From: a virus
Lineage: Duplodnaviria > Caudoviricetes
Length of the DNA stretch: 32,748 nt
Virus record (IMG/VR): IMGVR_UViG_3300020409_001216
Coordinates: 1 to 32,748 of that record
Reading direction: 5' to 3' (one strand)
Shown: piece after piece, positions 1 through 9,845 of the stretch
How positions within the stretch are numbered: the stretch's first letter is position 1
Layout of the letters: each line of letters starts with the position of its first letter
Program-made: the position numbers and the translations under genes
Notes under the pieces: generated by a model
What the model saw: the letters and a program-made list of their open reading frames with translations, nothing else
What the model was told of the DNA's origin: nothing
The model's database searches: none

Positions 1-1
1 A

Positions 2-856
2 GATAGAAAACACAATGATATGACATTTATGGATAAGCCTCATAATAGTCCGGATAACCCTTATGTAAAAGCATTCTGGAAATGGTTTCCTGGGATTTAT
101 CCAACACTGCAAACATTTAGAATGACGGGCGGCGAACCTTTAATGGATAAAAATACTTTTAAAATATTTGATTATGTAAAAGAAAATCCTAAGGAAGATT
201 TACATTTGAGCATAACCAGTAATTGTTGTCCTCCAAAAGGTCAATGGGAAAAATTTATGCAAAGCATGGAACAGATATCTCAAAACGTAGATCACTTTAT
301 GCTATTTTGTAGTTTAGATAGTTGGGGAGAACAAGCTGAATATATTAGAAACGGAATGGATTTCACTACACTTTTAAACAACGTAGAAGAATATCTTAAG
401 GTTTGTAACAGGCATAGTCTTACATTTATTATAACTTTTAATGTGTTAAGCTATAGCGGTATATATAATTACATAAAAAATATTTTACAATTACGCAGAA
501 AGTATAGTCACGATAGACAAATGATTTGGTTTGATATTCCACAACTTACTAATCCTGATTTTATGAATCCTAAACTTTACAGTCAAGGCACAAGTGAATT
601 GACCAAATGTATTGAATTTATGGAGCGTAACAAAGATGGCGAAACTGAAAAAGAGTTTCAAGGATTTTCAGATTTTGAAATTAAGAAAGTTCAAAGATTA
701 ATTGATTGGATAAATGCACCAACTAAATTTGATAACAAAACTGCAACAAAAAATTTTGTTAAATTTTTTCAAGAGCATGATAAGAGAAGAAACACAAATT
801 TTTTAAATACTTTTCCTGAAATGGAAGACTTTTGGATGGACTGTATAAATGGATAG
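2..856 (+). CDS. Radical SAM protein, Twitch-type paralogue family (5'-truncated by window edge)
   Basis: Frame is open from base 2 (DRKHND precedes the Met at 20). Contains TGGEP, SLDSWGEQAEYIR and C-terminal DKRRNTNFLNTFPEM, and is closely similar to the next ORF. The CxxxCxxC motif lies outside the window. Confidence 0.85.
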   Translation, partial: DRKHNDMTFMDKPHNSPDNPYVKAFWKWFPGIYPTLQTFRMTGGEPLMDKNTFKIFDYVKENPKEDLHLSITSNCCPPKGQWEKFMQSMEQISQNVDHFMLFCSLDSWGEQAEYIRNGMDFTTLLNNVEEYLKVCNRHSLTFIITFNVLSYSGIYNYIKNILQLRRKYSHDRQMIWFDIPQLTNPDFMNPKLYSQGTSELTKCIEFMERNKDGETEKEFQGFSDFEIKKVQRLIDWINAPTKFDNKTATKNFVKFFQEHDKRRNTNFLNTFPEMEDFWMDCING

Positions 857-2204
857 AGTTGACCATATTAAAGAAGTAAGAGATAAACTTAATGATGTAG
901 GTTGTGGTTTCTGTGCAATGAAATGGTTACACGAAACCCTGTATCTACATACGGGTGATAATCATAGTTGCTATCACCCAAGACCACAGCATATACCTTT
1001 AGCAGAAATAAAAGCTGATCCTAGTGCATTACATAACACCAATTGGAAAAAAGAACAGCGTAAAAAAATGTTAGAAGGCGGACGGCCTGAAGAATGTTAC
1101 TATTGTTGGAACATAGAAGATCTAAAAGGAGATCATATTTCTGATAGAATGATTCATAGTGCTAGTGACTGGGCAGAGCCAGAGATTGAAAAAATATCTA
1201 AAATGCACTACACAGAAAATATAAATCCAAAGTATTTGGAAGTATCATTTGGTAACGGCTGTAATTACCGCTGTGGCTATTGTTGTCCACAAGCAAGTAC
1301 AATGTGGATGGACGAAATTAAAAAACACGGCAATTATGATTTAACCTACAATCAGTATGGAATAGAATTTTTAGATAAAGGTAGATATTATGCACCTAAA
1401 GACGATAATCCTTACATAGAAGCATTTTGGAAATGGTGGCCCGATCTAAGAAAGGATTTACACACGTTGAGAATAACTGGCGGCGAACCTTTAATGAATC
1501 CGGGTGCTATGCAGTTTTTTGATTTGTTAGAAAAAGAACCTGCACCACAACTTGAAATAAGTTTAAACAGCAACTTGGGTGTTACAACAGCTAAGATAGA
1601 TAGATTGTTTGATAGGATACAGAGTCTGCTTGATAAGAAAAAGATTAGGAAGTTTAGTTTGTTCACAAGCATTGAAGGTTGGGGCGAACAGGCAGAATAC
1701 ATGCGTACTGGATTAAAATGTGATCATTGGGAGAGAAACTTTGTAGAAGCAATAAACAGAGGTTTCAAGGTCAATATCATGTGTACCTTTAATGTGTTGT
1801 GCGTTGCAACATTTACAAACTTTTTGACAAAGGTTATCGAATGGAGAAAAAAATACGGTGAACAAAGCCTACAGTTTGATACTCCTTATCTTAAGGAACC
1901 GCCTCATTGGATGATAAACATTTTGCCCAGCCAATTTTTACAAGAGATGGATAATAATTTACAGTTTATAAAAGATAATAAAAAATATTTTGATCCTGTT
2001 GAATATGAAAAAATGAAAAGGGTTAGAGATTACATGTATCAGAATCCTGTTGATGAAAATAAAATCAAACAAGGTCAGCGTGATTTTTACAGTTTCTTTA
2101 CAGAAAATGATAAGCGTTTAGGAACAGACTTGCTAAAGACTTTTCCGATGTATTCAGATTTTTATTATTATTGCCAAGGAGTGTATGAACAATGGAAAAG
2201 CTAA
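849..2204 (+). CDS. Radical SAM protein with N-terminal Twitch-like Cys domain
   Basis: CNYRCGYC motif, TGGEP, N-terminal CAMKW...SCYH...CYYCW, C-terminal DKRLGTDLLKTFP. Confidence 0.92.
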   Translation: MDRVDHIKEVRDKLNDVGCGFCAMKWLHETLYLHTGDNHSCYHPRPQHIPLAEIKADPSALHNTNWKKEQRKKMLEGGRPEECYYCWNIEDLKGDHISDRMIHSASDWAEPEIEKISKMHYTENINPKYLEVSFGNGCNYRCGYCCPQASTMWMDEIKKHGNYDLTYNQYGIEFLDKGRYYAPKDDNPYIEAFWKWWPDLRKDLHTLRITGGEPLMNPGAMQFFDLLEKEPAPQLEISLNSNLGVTTAKIDRLFDRIQSLLDKKKIRKFSLFTSIEGWGEQAEYMRTGLKCDHWERNFVEAINRGFKVNIMCTFNVLCVATFTNFLTKVIEWRKKYGEQSLQFDTPYLKEPPHWMINILPSQFLQEMDNNLQFIKDNKKYFDPVEYEKMKRVRDYMYQNPVDENKIKQGQRDFYSFFTENDKRLGTDLLKTFPMYSDFYYYCQGVYEQWKS

Positions 2205-2995
2205 AGGCAGTGATAGTAGGAGGTTGTAGCTATTGTGCCGGCGATGAACTTGCAGGCGAATTATTGGTGCCCGGTTATACAGATAAGACATGGCGCCCAG
2301 GATTTGAGGATAGAGAATTGTATGAAGTCCTAAGACTACAGATGCGTCCATCACACAAGAAGTTTAGAAAATACTTACAAACATGCTTGGAAAGATCATG
2401 GGTAGGACATCTGGATAAAATGACATCAGTTCCTGTAAAAAATATTTCAAGAGGCGGAGCTTCTAATCAAGAAATTTCCTATAGATTAATGAAGGATGCT
2501 GTGGGCAGATGCAAAAAATCAAAAACATTAAGAGGATATTTGTATATCTGTTCCTTATCGAGTCCGGCAAGACTGGCTATTATGAACAGTGATGACAAAC
2601 ACAATATTAGCACAATAAACATTTCAAGAAGTATTAGCGACATGTCTTGGTACATACCAGGCGCAGAAAAGTTTGTTGAGAAGATGTATTTTGCTCACGA
2701 CGATGATGATTTTTTATGGTATGCAGTATCAGGTGTTCTTGCTTTACGTGAATATATTACAATGCACGGAGGATACTTTATGATTGTTGACACAGGACTT
2801 TGGCACAGGTTTGTTAATGAATTAGAAGATAAAAGATTTGCAAAACAATTAGAAAGTTTACTTAATGCTAATTTAAATTTTTTTGCTGTTGCAAGTACGT
2901 TTAGAAATCTATCAGGAGGACATGTTGAAGAAGCGGCTCATAAAAAATTTGCAAATGTAGTAAAAAAGGCCATAGAGAAGAAATACAATGTATGA
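2192..2995 (+). CDS. SGNH/GDSL hydrolase-like protein (putative acyl esterase/transferase)
   Basis: N-terminal GGCSYCAG (block I GxS-like), NISRGGASN (block II), C-terminal GGHVEEAAH (block V-like); AAGGAG RBS upstream. Confidence 0.55.
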   Translation: MEKLKAVIVGGCSYCAGDELAGELLVPGYTDKTWRPGFEDRELYEVLRLQMRPSHKKFRKYLQTCLERSWVGHLDKMTSVPVKNISRGGASNQEISYRLMKDAVGRCKKSKTLRGYLYICSLSSPARLAIMNSDDKHNISTINISRSISDMSWYIPGAEKFVEKMYFAHDDDDFLWYAVSGVLALREYITMHGGYFMIVDTGLWHRFVNELEDKRFAKQLESLLNANLNFFAVASTFRNLSGGHVEEAAHKKFANVVKKAIEKKYNV

Positions 2996-3674
2996 TATTG
3001 TTTTTATAAGTTATCATGAACCTAATGCAGAAGAAAATTTCAACGACTTGTTTGAAAGGTTTAACAAGGTAACAATGTTTGGAGATAGGATAAAACGTGT
3101 GAAGAATGTAAAAGGAATCCACAACGCACATGTGGAAGCCGCAAAACTCGTAAACACAAGTTATTTCTTTGTGGTCGACGGAGACGCAAAAATAGTAGAT
3201 GATTTTGACTTTGATTATGTAACCGATGAAGAAGATGTTGTGCATGTTTATCGCAGTATGAATCCTATAAACGACCTTGTATATGGATATGGTGGAGTAA
3301 AATTGTTTCCCACAAGATTATCAAGGAACATGGATACAAAAACAAGTGACATGACAACAAGCATATCTAAAAAATTTAAAGCATTACCACAGATAAGCAA
3401 CATTACAGAATTCAACACAGATCCTTTCAGCACTTGGAAAAGTGCTTTTAGAGAATGTGCTAAATTAAGCAGTAAAGTAATTGACAGACAAAAAACAGGA
3501 GAAACAGATGAACGACTTAAAACTTGGACAACCGTGGGACACGATAGACCATATGGCGAATACGCTTTGGCAGGCGCGATGGCTGGTATGGAGTTTGGCC
3601 TTTCTAGGAGGTCTGATCTTGGGCTAATAAACAACTTTGAATGGTTAAAGGAACAGTTTGATGGAAACACATAA
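2988..3674 (+). CDS. Glycosyltransferase-like protein (GT-A/GT2-like)
   Basis: N-terminal beta strand DIVFISY, GIHNAH helix, hydrophobic strand ending in DxD (FFVVDGD), YGYGGVKL. Confidence 0.65.
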   Translation: MYDIVFISYHEPNAEENFNDLFERFNKVTMFGDRIKRVKNVKGIHNAHVEAAKLVNTSYFFVVDGDAKIVDDFDFDYVTDEEDVVHVYRSMNPINDLVYGYGGVKLFPTRLSRNMDTKTSDMTTSISKKFKALPQISNITEFNTDPFSTWKSAFRECAKLSSKVIDRQKTGETDERLKTWTTVGHDRPYGEYALAGAMAGMEFGLSRRSDLGLINNFEWLKEQFDGNT

Positions 3675-4503
3675 GATACTAGATCGCTTTGAAATGTTGT
3701 ATCCCTTGAATAGCAAGGTAGCAGATTTACGTAGAGCCTGTATAGATAAAGACTTGCATAGTGTTTTTAGACTGATTGACGATGATACAAAAGAAGATTT
3801 ACGTAAGATTATTTTGGAAGATAATCAGTGGAGTCTTTGGAAAATTTTAGACAGTTATGTTGACACAAGATTTGTGCAAAGTCTGAAATCTTTTGTTGTA
3901 AACGATATTACCTGGGATGAAGACTGTTTTAGCCAAGGTCAAATAAAAAGCAAAATGTGGTTGCTAGAAAAATTAAAAAAGTTAAAGTTAGATCTTGGCA
4001 CTGTGTTTTTATGTGCTGGATGGTACGGAACTTTGGCAACTATGCTGTTTGAAAGTAAAATAAAAGTTGATAAAATAAGAAGTTTTGATATTGATGAATC
4101 ATGTGTGGAGGTAGCAGAAATATTTAACAAGCCATGGTTTGTTGACGAATGGAAATTTAAATCTATCACTGATGATATAATGAACATTAACTATGATAAA
4201 CATGTATGGCAATTTTGGTCAAATAAAAACAACAGAATGAGCCGTCCTATTACTGATATTCCTGATACAATTATTAACACAAGTTGTGAACACATACATG
4301 ATTTTGAATCATGGTATGATAAAATACCAAATGGAAAATTAATCATATTACAGGGCAACGATTATTTTGAATTAAACGAACACGTTAACTGTAGTGCAGA
4401 TCAAGACAGCTTTTCTGAAAAAGCACCAATGACTGATGTATTGTATTTGGGTACCATAGATTGTGACAAATACAAACGGTTTATGAAAATAGGATTAAAG
4501 TAG
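3661..4503 (+). CDS. Class I SAM-dependent methyltransferase-like protein
   Basis: Gly-rich motif I variant VFLCAGWYG, acidic SFDID at beta2, IINTSCEH; start taken as ATG 3661 after AAGGA. Confidence 0.7.
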   Translation: METHKILDRFEMLYPLNSKVADLRRACIDKDLHSVFRLIDDDTKEDLRKIILEDNQWSLWKILDSYVDTRFVQSLKSFVVNDITWDEDCFSQGQIKSKMWLLEKLKKLKLDLGTVFLCAGWYGTLATMLFESKIKVDKIRSFDIDESCVEVAEIFNKPWFVDEWKFKSITDDIMNINYDKHVWQFWSNKNNRMSRPITDIPDTIINTSCEHIHDFESWYDKIPNGKLIILQGNDYFELNEHVNCSADQDSFSEKAPMTDVLYLGTIDCDKYKRFMKIGLK

Positions 4504-4504
4504 C

Positions 4505-5572
4505 ATGTACAATTATCGAGATATACGAACTATACATTTAGAAGTTACACAAAATTGTCAAGCCGCTTGTCCTATGTGTGACAGAAACATGAATGGAGAA
4601 GGAGTCAATCCACATATTAATTTAGATGAATTATCATTAGATGATTGCATAAAAATATTTTCTCCTCAGTTTATTAAACAATTAGACACTATGTATATGT
4701 GTGGAAATTTAGGTGACCCTATCGTTGCAAAAGATACATTGGACATTTTTAAATACTTTAGAGAGCATAATCCAGATATGTGGTTAAGTATGAACACAAA
4801 CGCAGGAGCAAGAGATGAAACATGGTGGGCAGAATTGGCTAAAACATATGGTCGTATGGGGTGTGTTATTTTTAGTGTGGATGGTCTCTCCGACACTAAT
4901 CATCTTTATAGACAAGGTGTAAATTGGAAAAATGTAGAACGAAGTATGGATGCTTTTATAGAAGCAGGGGGTAGAGCTCGTTGGGATTACTTGATCTTCG
5001 AACACAACCAACATCAGGTAGAAGAAGCAAGAGAATTAAGTGTACAAAAAGGATTTGAAAAATTTATAGCAAAAAAAACAGGTAGATTTATAACACAGGA
5101 TAGTAAAAAGAAAGAATCGCATCAAGCAGTAAACCGCAAAGGTAAAGAAACAACCAAGTTGAAAAAACCAGATGCAAAATATCAAAATAAAGCATTGAGT
5201 AAACAAGATAAAATTATTGAAAAATATGGATCAATGGATGCCTACTATGACGCGGCTCCTATTGTTTGTAAAGTTAAAAAAGAAAATAGTTTGTTTATCA
5301 CAGCAGAAGGATTAGCATTACCTTGTTGTTGGACCGCAGGACGAATGTATAAATGGTGGCATAAAGATCCTAAGGTAGAACAGATATGGGATTTTATACC
5401 CAACAAATCTGCACTCGATTCTCGCAACGGTCTTGATAAAGTTTTTGCTACAGGGATTTTTGAGGATATACAAAATAGTTGGTCAAAGCCTAGTTGTGCA
5501 GATGGTAAATTAAAAGTTTGTAGTATGAAGTGCGGTGCTGAATTCGATCCGTTTGCGGAGCAATTTAAATGA
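4505..5572 (+). CDS. Radical SAM protein with C-terminal Twitch/SPASM-like domain
   Basis: CQAACPMC motif; CGNLGDP in place of GGEP; TNAG; FSVDG; C-terminal C...PCCW...CSMKC. Confidence 0.92.
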   Translation: MYNYRDIRTIHLEVTQNCQAACPMCDRNMNGEGVNPHINLDELSLDDCIKIFSPQFIKQLDTMYMCGNLGDPIVAKDTLDIFKYFREHNPDMWLSMNTNAGARDETWWAELAKTYGRMGCVIFSVDGLSDTNHLYRQGVNWKNVERSMDAFIEAGGRARWDYLIFEHNQHQVEEARELSVQKGFEKFIAKKTGRFITQDSKKKESHQAVNRKGKETTKLKKPDAKYQNKALSKQDKIIEKYGSMDAYYDAAPIVCKVKKENSLFITAEGLALPCCWTAGRMYKWWHKDPKVEQIWDFIPNKSALDSRNGLDKVFATGIFEDIQNSWSKPSCADGKLKVCSMKCGAEFDPFAEQFK

Positions 5573-6819
5573 TAGAAACAGAATTTTTAAGCAAATGTAA
5601 CTTTTGTGCATTGCCTTTTATGCAAAACGATATAGAAGTTGACGGAAGTGCAAGACCATGTTGTAAAGCAAGGCCTTTAGTTGCCCCAGACGGTAAGGAA
5701 CTTAATATAAAAAACTTTACATTAGATGAAATATGGAATCATCCTACGTATGTAGAATTTAGACAATCATTTTTGAATAATGAAAAACATCCTGCATGTG
5801 AGAAATGTTGGGTTGAACCTATTAGAGAATTACAATATAGAGTAGAACAAAGTACAAGATCTCATATTGGTGCGTTAGATGTTACAAGAGAATTTATGAA
5901 GACTGGAACAGTAACAAACCCTACTTTAAAATACTTAGAAATACGTCCAGGCAATGTTTGCAATTTTAAATGTAGAATATGTTCGTATGAATACAGCAGT
6001 AGTTGGAGCAAAGATAGTTATTTGTTAGAAGATGTAGATATACCGTATAAAGATTCTAAACAATATAAACAAATTGCAAAATGTGAATGGTTCGATAGTG
6101 ACGATATTTGGAATAATGTCAAGGGGTTAGAAGATATACAATTTATAAATTTTTTAGGAGGCGAACCTTTAATGGCATCTAAGCATATTAATCTTCTTGA
6201 AAAATTAGTGAATAGTTTAGATCCTCGTAAAGTAAAAATAGGATATAATACAAATGGAAGTAAACGTCCTACACAGCATCATATAGATCTATTAAAGAAA
6301 TTTAAAAATGTTCAATTCATTGTGAGTACAGATGATCTAGGTAAACGTATGGAATATCAACGTAAAGGTGCAGTATGGACCGAACACGAATCTAATATAG
6401 ATTTTTTAATTGCTCAAGGTTTTCATGTAGTAATAGATACTGCAATTAGTATTATGAATACATATTACTGCGATGAATTTTTTAATTTTTGCGATTCTAA
6501 AGGTTGGAATAGTCCACCGACACAAGCACATTGGGTTAGAAGCACAGGATTGGATCATAGAAGTTTAATGCCAGCAGAAAAACATTTTGTTAGAGAAAAA
6601 TTAAAAAAAGGAACGCATCCTAAAACGAAAGATGTACTTGCTGATTTAGATAGTGCTGATTTATTTAACGCTACTCATTATTATGGAAGATGGAAAAAAA
6701 TAAAAAAACTTGACGGAATACGCAATGAAAAATTTGAAGATGTCTTTCCCGAACTTTCAGATATTATTATGTTAACAAGTCCAGACATAATAATGCAAAA
6801 CCCTGAGGAATATAAGTAG
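5569..6819 (+). CDS. Radical SAM protein with N-terminal Twitch-like domain
   Basis: CALPF...PCC...CEKCW N-terminal domain; CNFKCRIC; GGEP; TNGS; DGIRNEKFEDVFPEL; ATGA overlap with the upstream gene. Confidence 0.92.
   Translation: MIETEFLSKCNFCALPFMQNDIEVDGSARPCCKARPLVAPDGKELNIKNFTLDEIWNHPTYVEFRQSFLNNEKHPACEKCWVEPIRELQYRVEQSTRSHIGALDVTREFMKTGTVTNPTLKYLEIRPGNVCNFKCRICSYEYSSSWSKDSYLLEDVDIPYKDSKQYKQIAKCEWFDSDDIWNNVKGLEDIQFINFLGGEPLMASKHINLLEKLVNSLDPRKVKIGYNTNGSKRPTQHHIDLLKKFKNVQFIVSTDDLGKRMEYQRKGAVWTEHESNIDFLIAQGFHVVIDTAISIMNTYYCDEFFNFCDSKGWNSPPTQAHWVRSTGLDHRSLMPAEKHFVREKLKKGTHPKTKDVLADLDSADLFNATHYYGRWKKIKKLDGIRNEKFEDVFPELSDIIMLTSPDIIMQNPEEYK
6811..6818 (+). promoter_or_regulatory. Possible T4-late-like promoter variant (TATAAGTA), 5 nt before an ATG
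   Basis: One mismatch to the T4 late consensus TATAAATA; overlaps the upstream stop codon. Confidence 0.3.
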
Positions 6820-6823
6820 TAAT

Positions 6824-8224
6824 ATGAGTGATATTTCCCCTACATTTTGTGCTCTACCTTGGTTACATCTAAGCAGTAGACCTGACGGTAAGATGAGAAC
6901 GTGCTGTACATCAAATGCAAGTTCAGTACAAGATCCAGATTCAAATAAAAAAGTTGGAGGTGGCGAAGTTGGAGTTGTTAAAAATGACGATGGAGTTCCT
7001 GCTAATTTTAATCATACTAGTTTAACCGATGCTTGGAATAGTTCTTACATGCGAAACGTAAGAAAAATGATGTTGCGAGGAGAAAAACCTGCAAGTTGTC
7101 TTAAGTGCTACAAAGAAGAAGAAGCAGGACATTTAAGTAAACGTAATTGGGAGACAGAATACTGGGGTCATAGATACGATTTAGATCAGCTCGTAGCTGA
7201 AACGGATGCTGATGGAAATATACCACCTAAGATAAGATACATTGATTTACGTATGGGAACAAAGTGTCAACTAGCTTGTGTCATGTGCAGTCCACATGAT
7301 TCATCAGGTTGGATTAAAGATTGGCAAGCAATCAACCCCCAAATAGTAAATGAAAAATTAGCAAATACTAGTCAATGGGAAAACAAGGGTAGAAATCACG
7401 GAGCAAGTTATAACTGGCACAAGAACAATCCAAGATTTTTTAAGGAACTAATGGAACAGATTCCACACATGTATCAATTGTATTTCGCAGGTGGAGAAAG
7501 TTTAATTATAGATGAACATTATGACTTACTGGAAGAATGTATTAAAAAAGGACATGCAAAAAATATTGAATTAAGATATAATTCTAATGCTGTTGAATGG
7601 CGTGACGATTTATTTGATCTTTGGGCAGAATTTAAGCGTGTAAGATTTCACTATAGCGTTGATGCATTAGGTGAACAAAATGATTACATACGATATCCTA
7701 GTCAATGGAAGCATCAGGAAGATGTTTTTTGGCAACTAGATAATACTGCTCCTCAAGTTGAAGTTACGACAGCAACAACTATAATGGCACTAAACATTGC
7801 ATATATTCCTGAATTTATCCAATGGAAAGTAGATCAAGGATTTAAAAAATTAAACAAATGGCCATTAGGTGCAGGCGGTATTAACATGCATTTTGCTTAT
7901 TGGCCTCCACAGCTAAATGTAAAAGTGTTACCTAATCATATTAAAAAACATATCACTGAAAAATATGAAAAAGAGTTTTATCCTTGGATTGATGAAAACT
8001 GGCAAAAATTTACTGGAGTAAAAGAAGCTGGAATATCTAAAGAACAGTTTTTAAATGCACCATACGGACTAAAACGTTACAAAGGTATCATAAACTTTAT
8101 GAACGCGGAAGATTGGAGTGCAAGGTTACCTGAAACCAAAGAATGGTTACAACTTATAAACAAACAAAGAAATTGGACTGAAAAGTTTAACAAGACATTT
8201 CCTATTTTAAAGGAGTTAGTATGA
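6824..8224 (+). CDS. Radical SAM protein with N-terminal Twitch-like domain
   Basis: CALPW...TCC...CLKCY; CQLACVMC; AGGES; SVDALGEQNDYIRYP. Confidence 0.92.
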   Translation: MSDISPTFCALPWLHLSSRPDGKMRTCCTSNASSVQDPDSNKKVGGGEVGVVKNDDGVPANFNHTSLTDAWNSSYMRNVRKMMLRGEKPASCLKCYKEEEAGHLSKRNWETEYWGHRYDLDQLVAETDADGNIPPKIRYIDLRMGTKCQLACVMCSPHDSSGWIKDWQAINPQIVNEKLANTSQWENKGRNHGASYNWHKNNPRFFKELMEQIPHMYQLYFAGGESLIIDEHYDLLEECIKKGHAKNIELRYNSNAVEWRDDLFDLWAEFKRVRFHYSVDALGEQNDYIRYPSQWKHQEDVFWQLDNTAPQVEVTTATTIMALNIAYIPEFIQWKVDQGFKKLNKWPLGAGGINMHFAYWPPQLNVKVLPNHIKKHITEKYEKEFYPWIDENWQKFTGVKEAGISKEQFLNAPYGLKRYKGIINFMNAEDWSARLPETKEWLQLINKQRNWTEKFNKTFPILKELV

Positions 8225-8892
8225 CAACAGAAAATTGGCAAACAAGAAGATGTGCAAGAGATTTTACTGATGAAGAAGTAGACTTTAGATTGATACATGA
8301 TATCATAAACATAATACCGGCTATACCAGCTCAAAATGGATATGTTGATCATTGGTGGGTAGTTTTTGGACCTAAAGACTACAAATACAAACAATGGTTA
8401 GTTGAAAACATATACCATGCAGTTGAAAAAGTTAAAGAGAAAGAATATTTTACAGGACTTATGACAGCTCCATATCTATTTCATAGTTTTAAGATTTATC
8501 CAACTATGTCAGTAGCAAATGAACCTGCAAGAAACAATGCCTTTCATGCTGGAGTAATTGTTTCACAAGCAGTCGATAAGGGATTAGATGCGGCTCCTAT
8601 TGCATGTAGAGAAGGTTGGGAAGCTAGAGATGGTAAGTTGAAACAACAATATCAAAAAATGATCTGGCAAAGATTCAAACCTGCTTTCTTAAAGATTTCG
8701 CACACTCACAAAAACGAAGTGTATAGATTTAATCCTGATACCATCAGATCTCCTATGATGAGTGTTGGTATAGGACATGGCAAACCAGTTTTATCACCGG
8801 GAGTAGTAAAGACATACAAAGACGGTATATCTATAATGGGTAAGCCACAAAAGGCAATGGAGAATGTTTCAATATGGAACTTATACGAGTAG
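8221..8892 (+). CDS. Nitroreductase-fold flavoprotein-like protein
   Basis: N-terminal RRCARDF (RRSxRxF-like FMN-binding), PAQNG, AVDKGLDAAPI, C-terminal SVGIGH. Confidence 0.55.
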   Translation: MTTENWQTRRCARDFTDEEVDFRLIHDIINIIPAIPAQNGYVDHWWVVFGPKDYKYKQWLVENIYHAVEKVKEKEYFTGLMTAPYLFHSFKIYPTMSVANEPARNNAFHAGVIVSQAVDKGLDAAPIACREGWEARDGKLKQQYQKMIWQRFKPAFLKISHTHKNEVYRFNPDTIRSPMMSVGIGHGKPVLSPGVVKTYKDGISIMGKPQKAMENVSIWNLYE

Positions 8893-9845
8893 AACATTCT
8901 GCAAAAAAATACAAAAAATGGGTCCGCATAGAATGGAACATGGGGAAACGCTGTAATTTTGATTGCAGTTATTGTGGTGCAGATTTACACGACAACACAA
9001 GCAAACACATGCCTTTAGAAAGTTTTGATTATACAATCAAAACATTGAGAAATTTTTATAAAGACAAACGTATTAGAATGAGTTTGACAGGTGGAGAACC
9101 TTTTGTCCATCCTCAAATTTTAGAAATACTCTCTTTGTTCAGAAAATACGAAGTAGATGAAACCAGTATAATAAGCAATGGCAGTCTGCCATTAGAAAAA
9201 TACTTAAAGGCTTTAGAATATATTGACAATATTATTTTCAGTTGGCATTTCGAACATCTACGCATAGACCATATGAAAGAAGTTTTACTAGGCTTGAAGG
9301 ATAAAGCAAAACACATCCATGTACATCTGATGTATTTGCCTGGCAGGTTAGATGAAGTGAAAGGTGTAGTTGCTTGGTTAGAAGATAATGACATACAATA
9401 TGTGATGCGTAGAATACGTCCAATGACAAATAAATTAGGACAGTTCAATCCTCCAGGTGCAAGTGGTATGAAATTTGATGGAGTGCAATGGGGCGGTGCT
9501 ACAGGATATTACAGTGATAAAGAATTAGAATATCTAGACAGTTTCAATAAAGCAGGCACAAATAAAGAAAATTGTGAACTATTTACTAAAGAAAAAAGTT
9601 GGCTAGATAATGTAAACACGCTTACAAAAAATAAATGGAATTCATTTAAAGGTTGGCAATGTATGGCTGGTTTAGAAACTCTAATGATAGATAACGATGG
9701 AAGTGTTTATAGAGCAACATGTAAGCAGGGTGGAGTACTAGGAAACATCGAAACTGGCTTTCAGCTACAAGAAGATCCTATACTATGTGCTAAACAGTGG
9801 TGTAACTGTGCCGCCGACCTAAACACTACAAAGTGGATAGCCTAA
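8874..9845 (+). CDS. Radical SAM protein with C-terminal Twitch-like domain
   Basis: CNFDCSYC; TGGEP; SNGS; C-terminal CMAG...DGSVYRATC...LGNI...CAKQWCNC. Confidence 0.92.
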   Translation: MELIRVEHSAKKYKKWVRIEWNMGKRCNFDCSYCGADLHDNTSKHMPLESFDYTIKTLRNFYKDKRIRMSLTGGEPFVHPQILEILSLFRKYEVDETSIISNGSLPLEKYLKALEYIDNIIFSWHFEHLRIDHMKEVLLGLKDKAKHIHVHLMYLPGRLDEVKGVVAWLEDNDIQYVMRRIRPMTNKLGQFNPPGASGMKFDGVQWGGATGYYSDKELEYLDSFNKAGTNKENCELFTKEKSWLDNVNTLTKNKWNSFKGWQCMAGLETLMIDNDGSVYRATCKQGGVLGNIETGFQLQEDPILCAKQWCNCAADLNTTKWIA

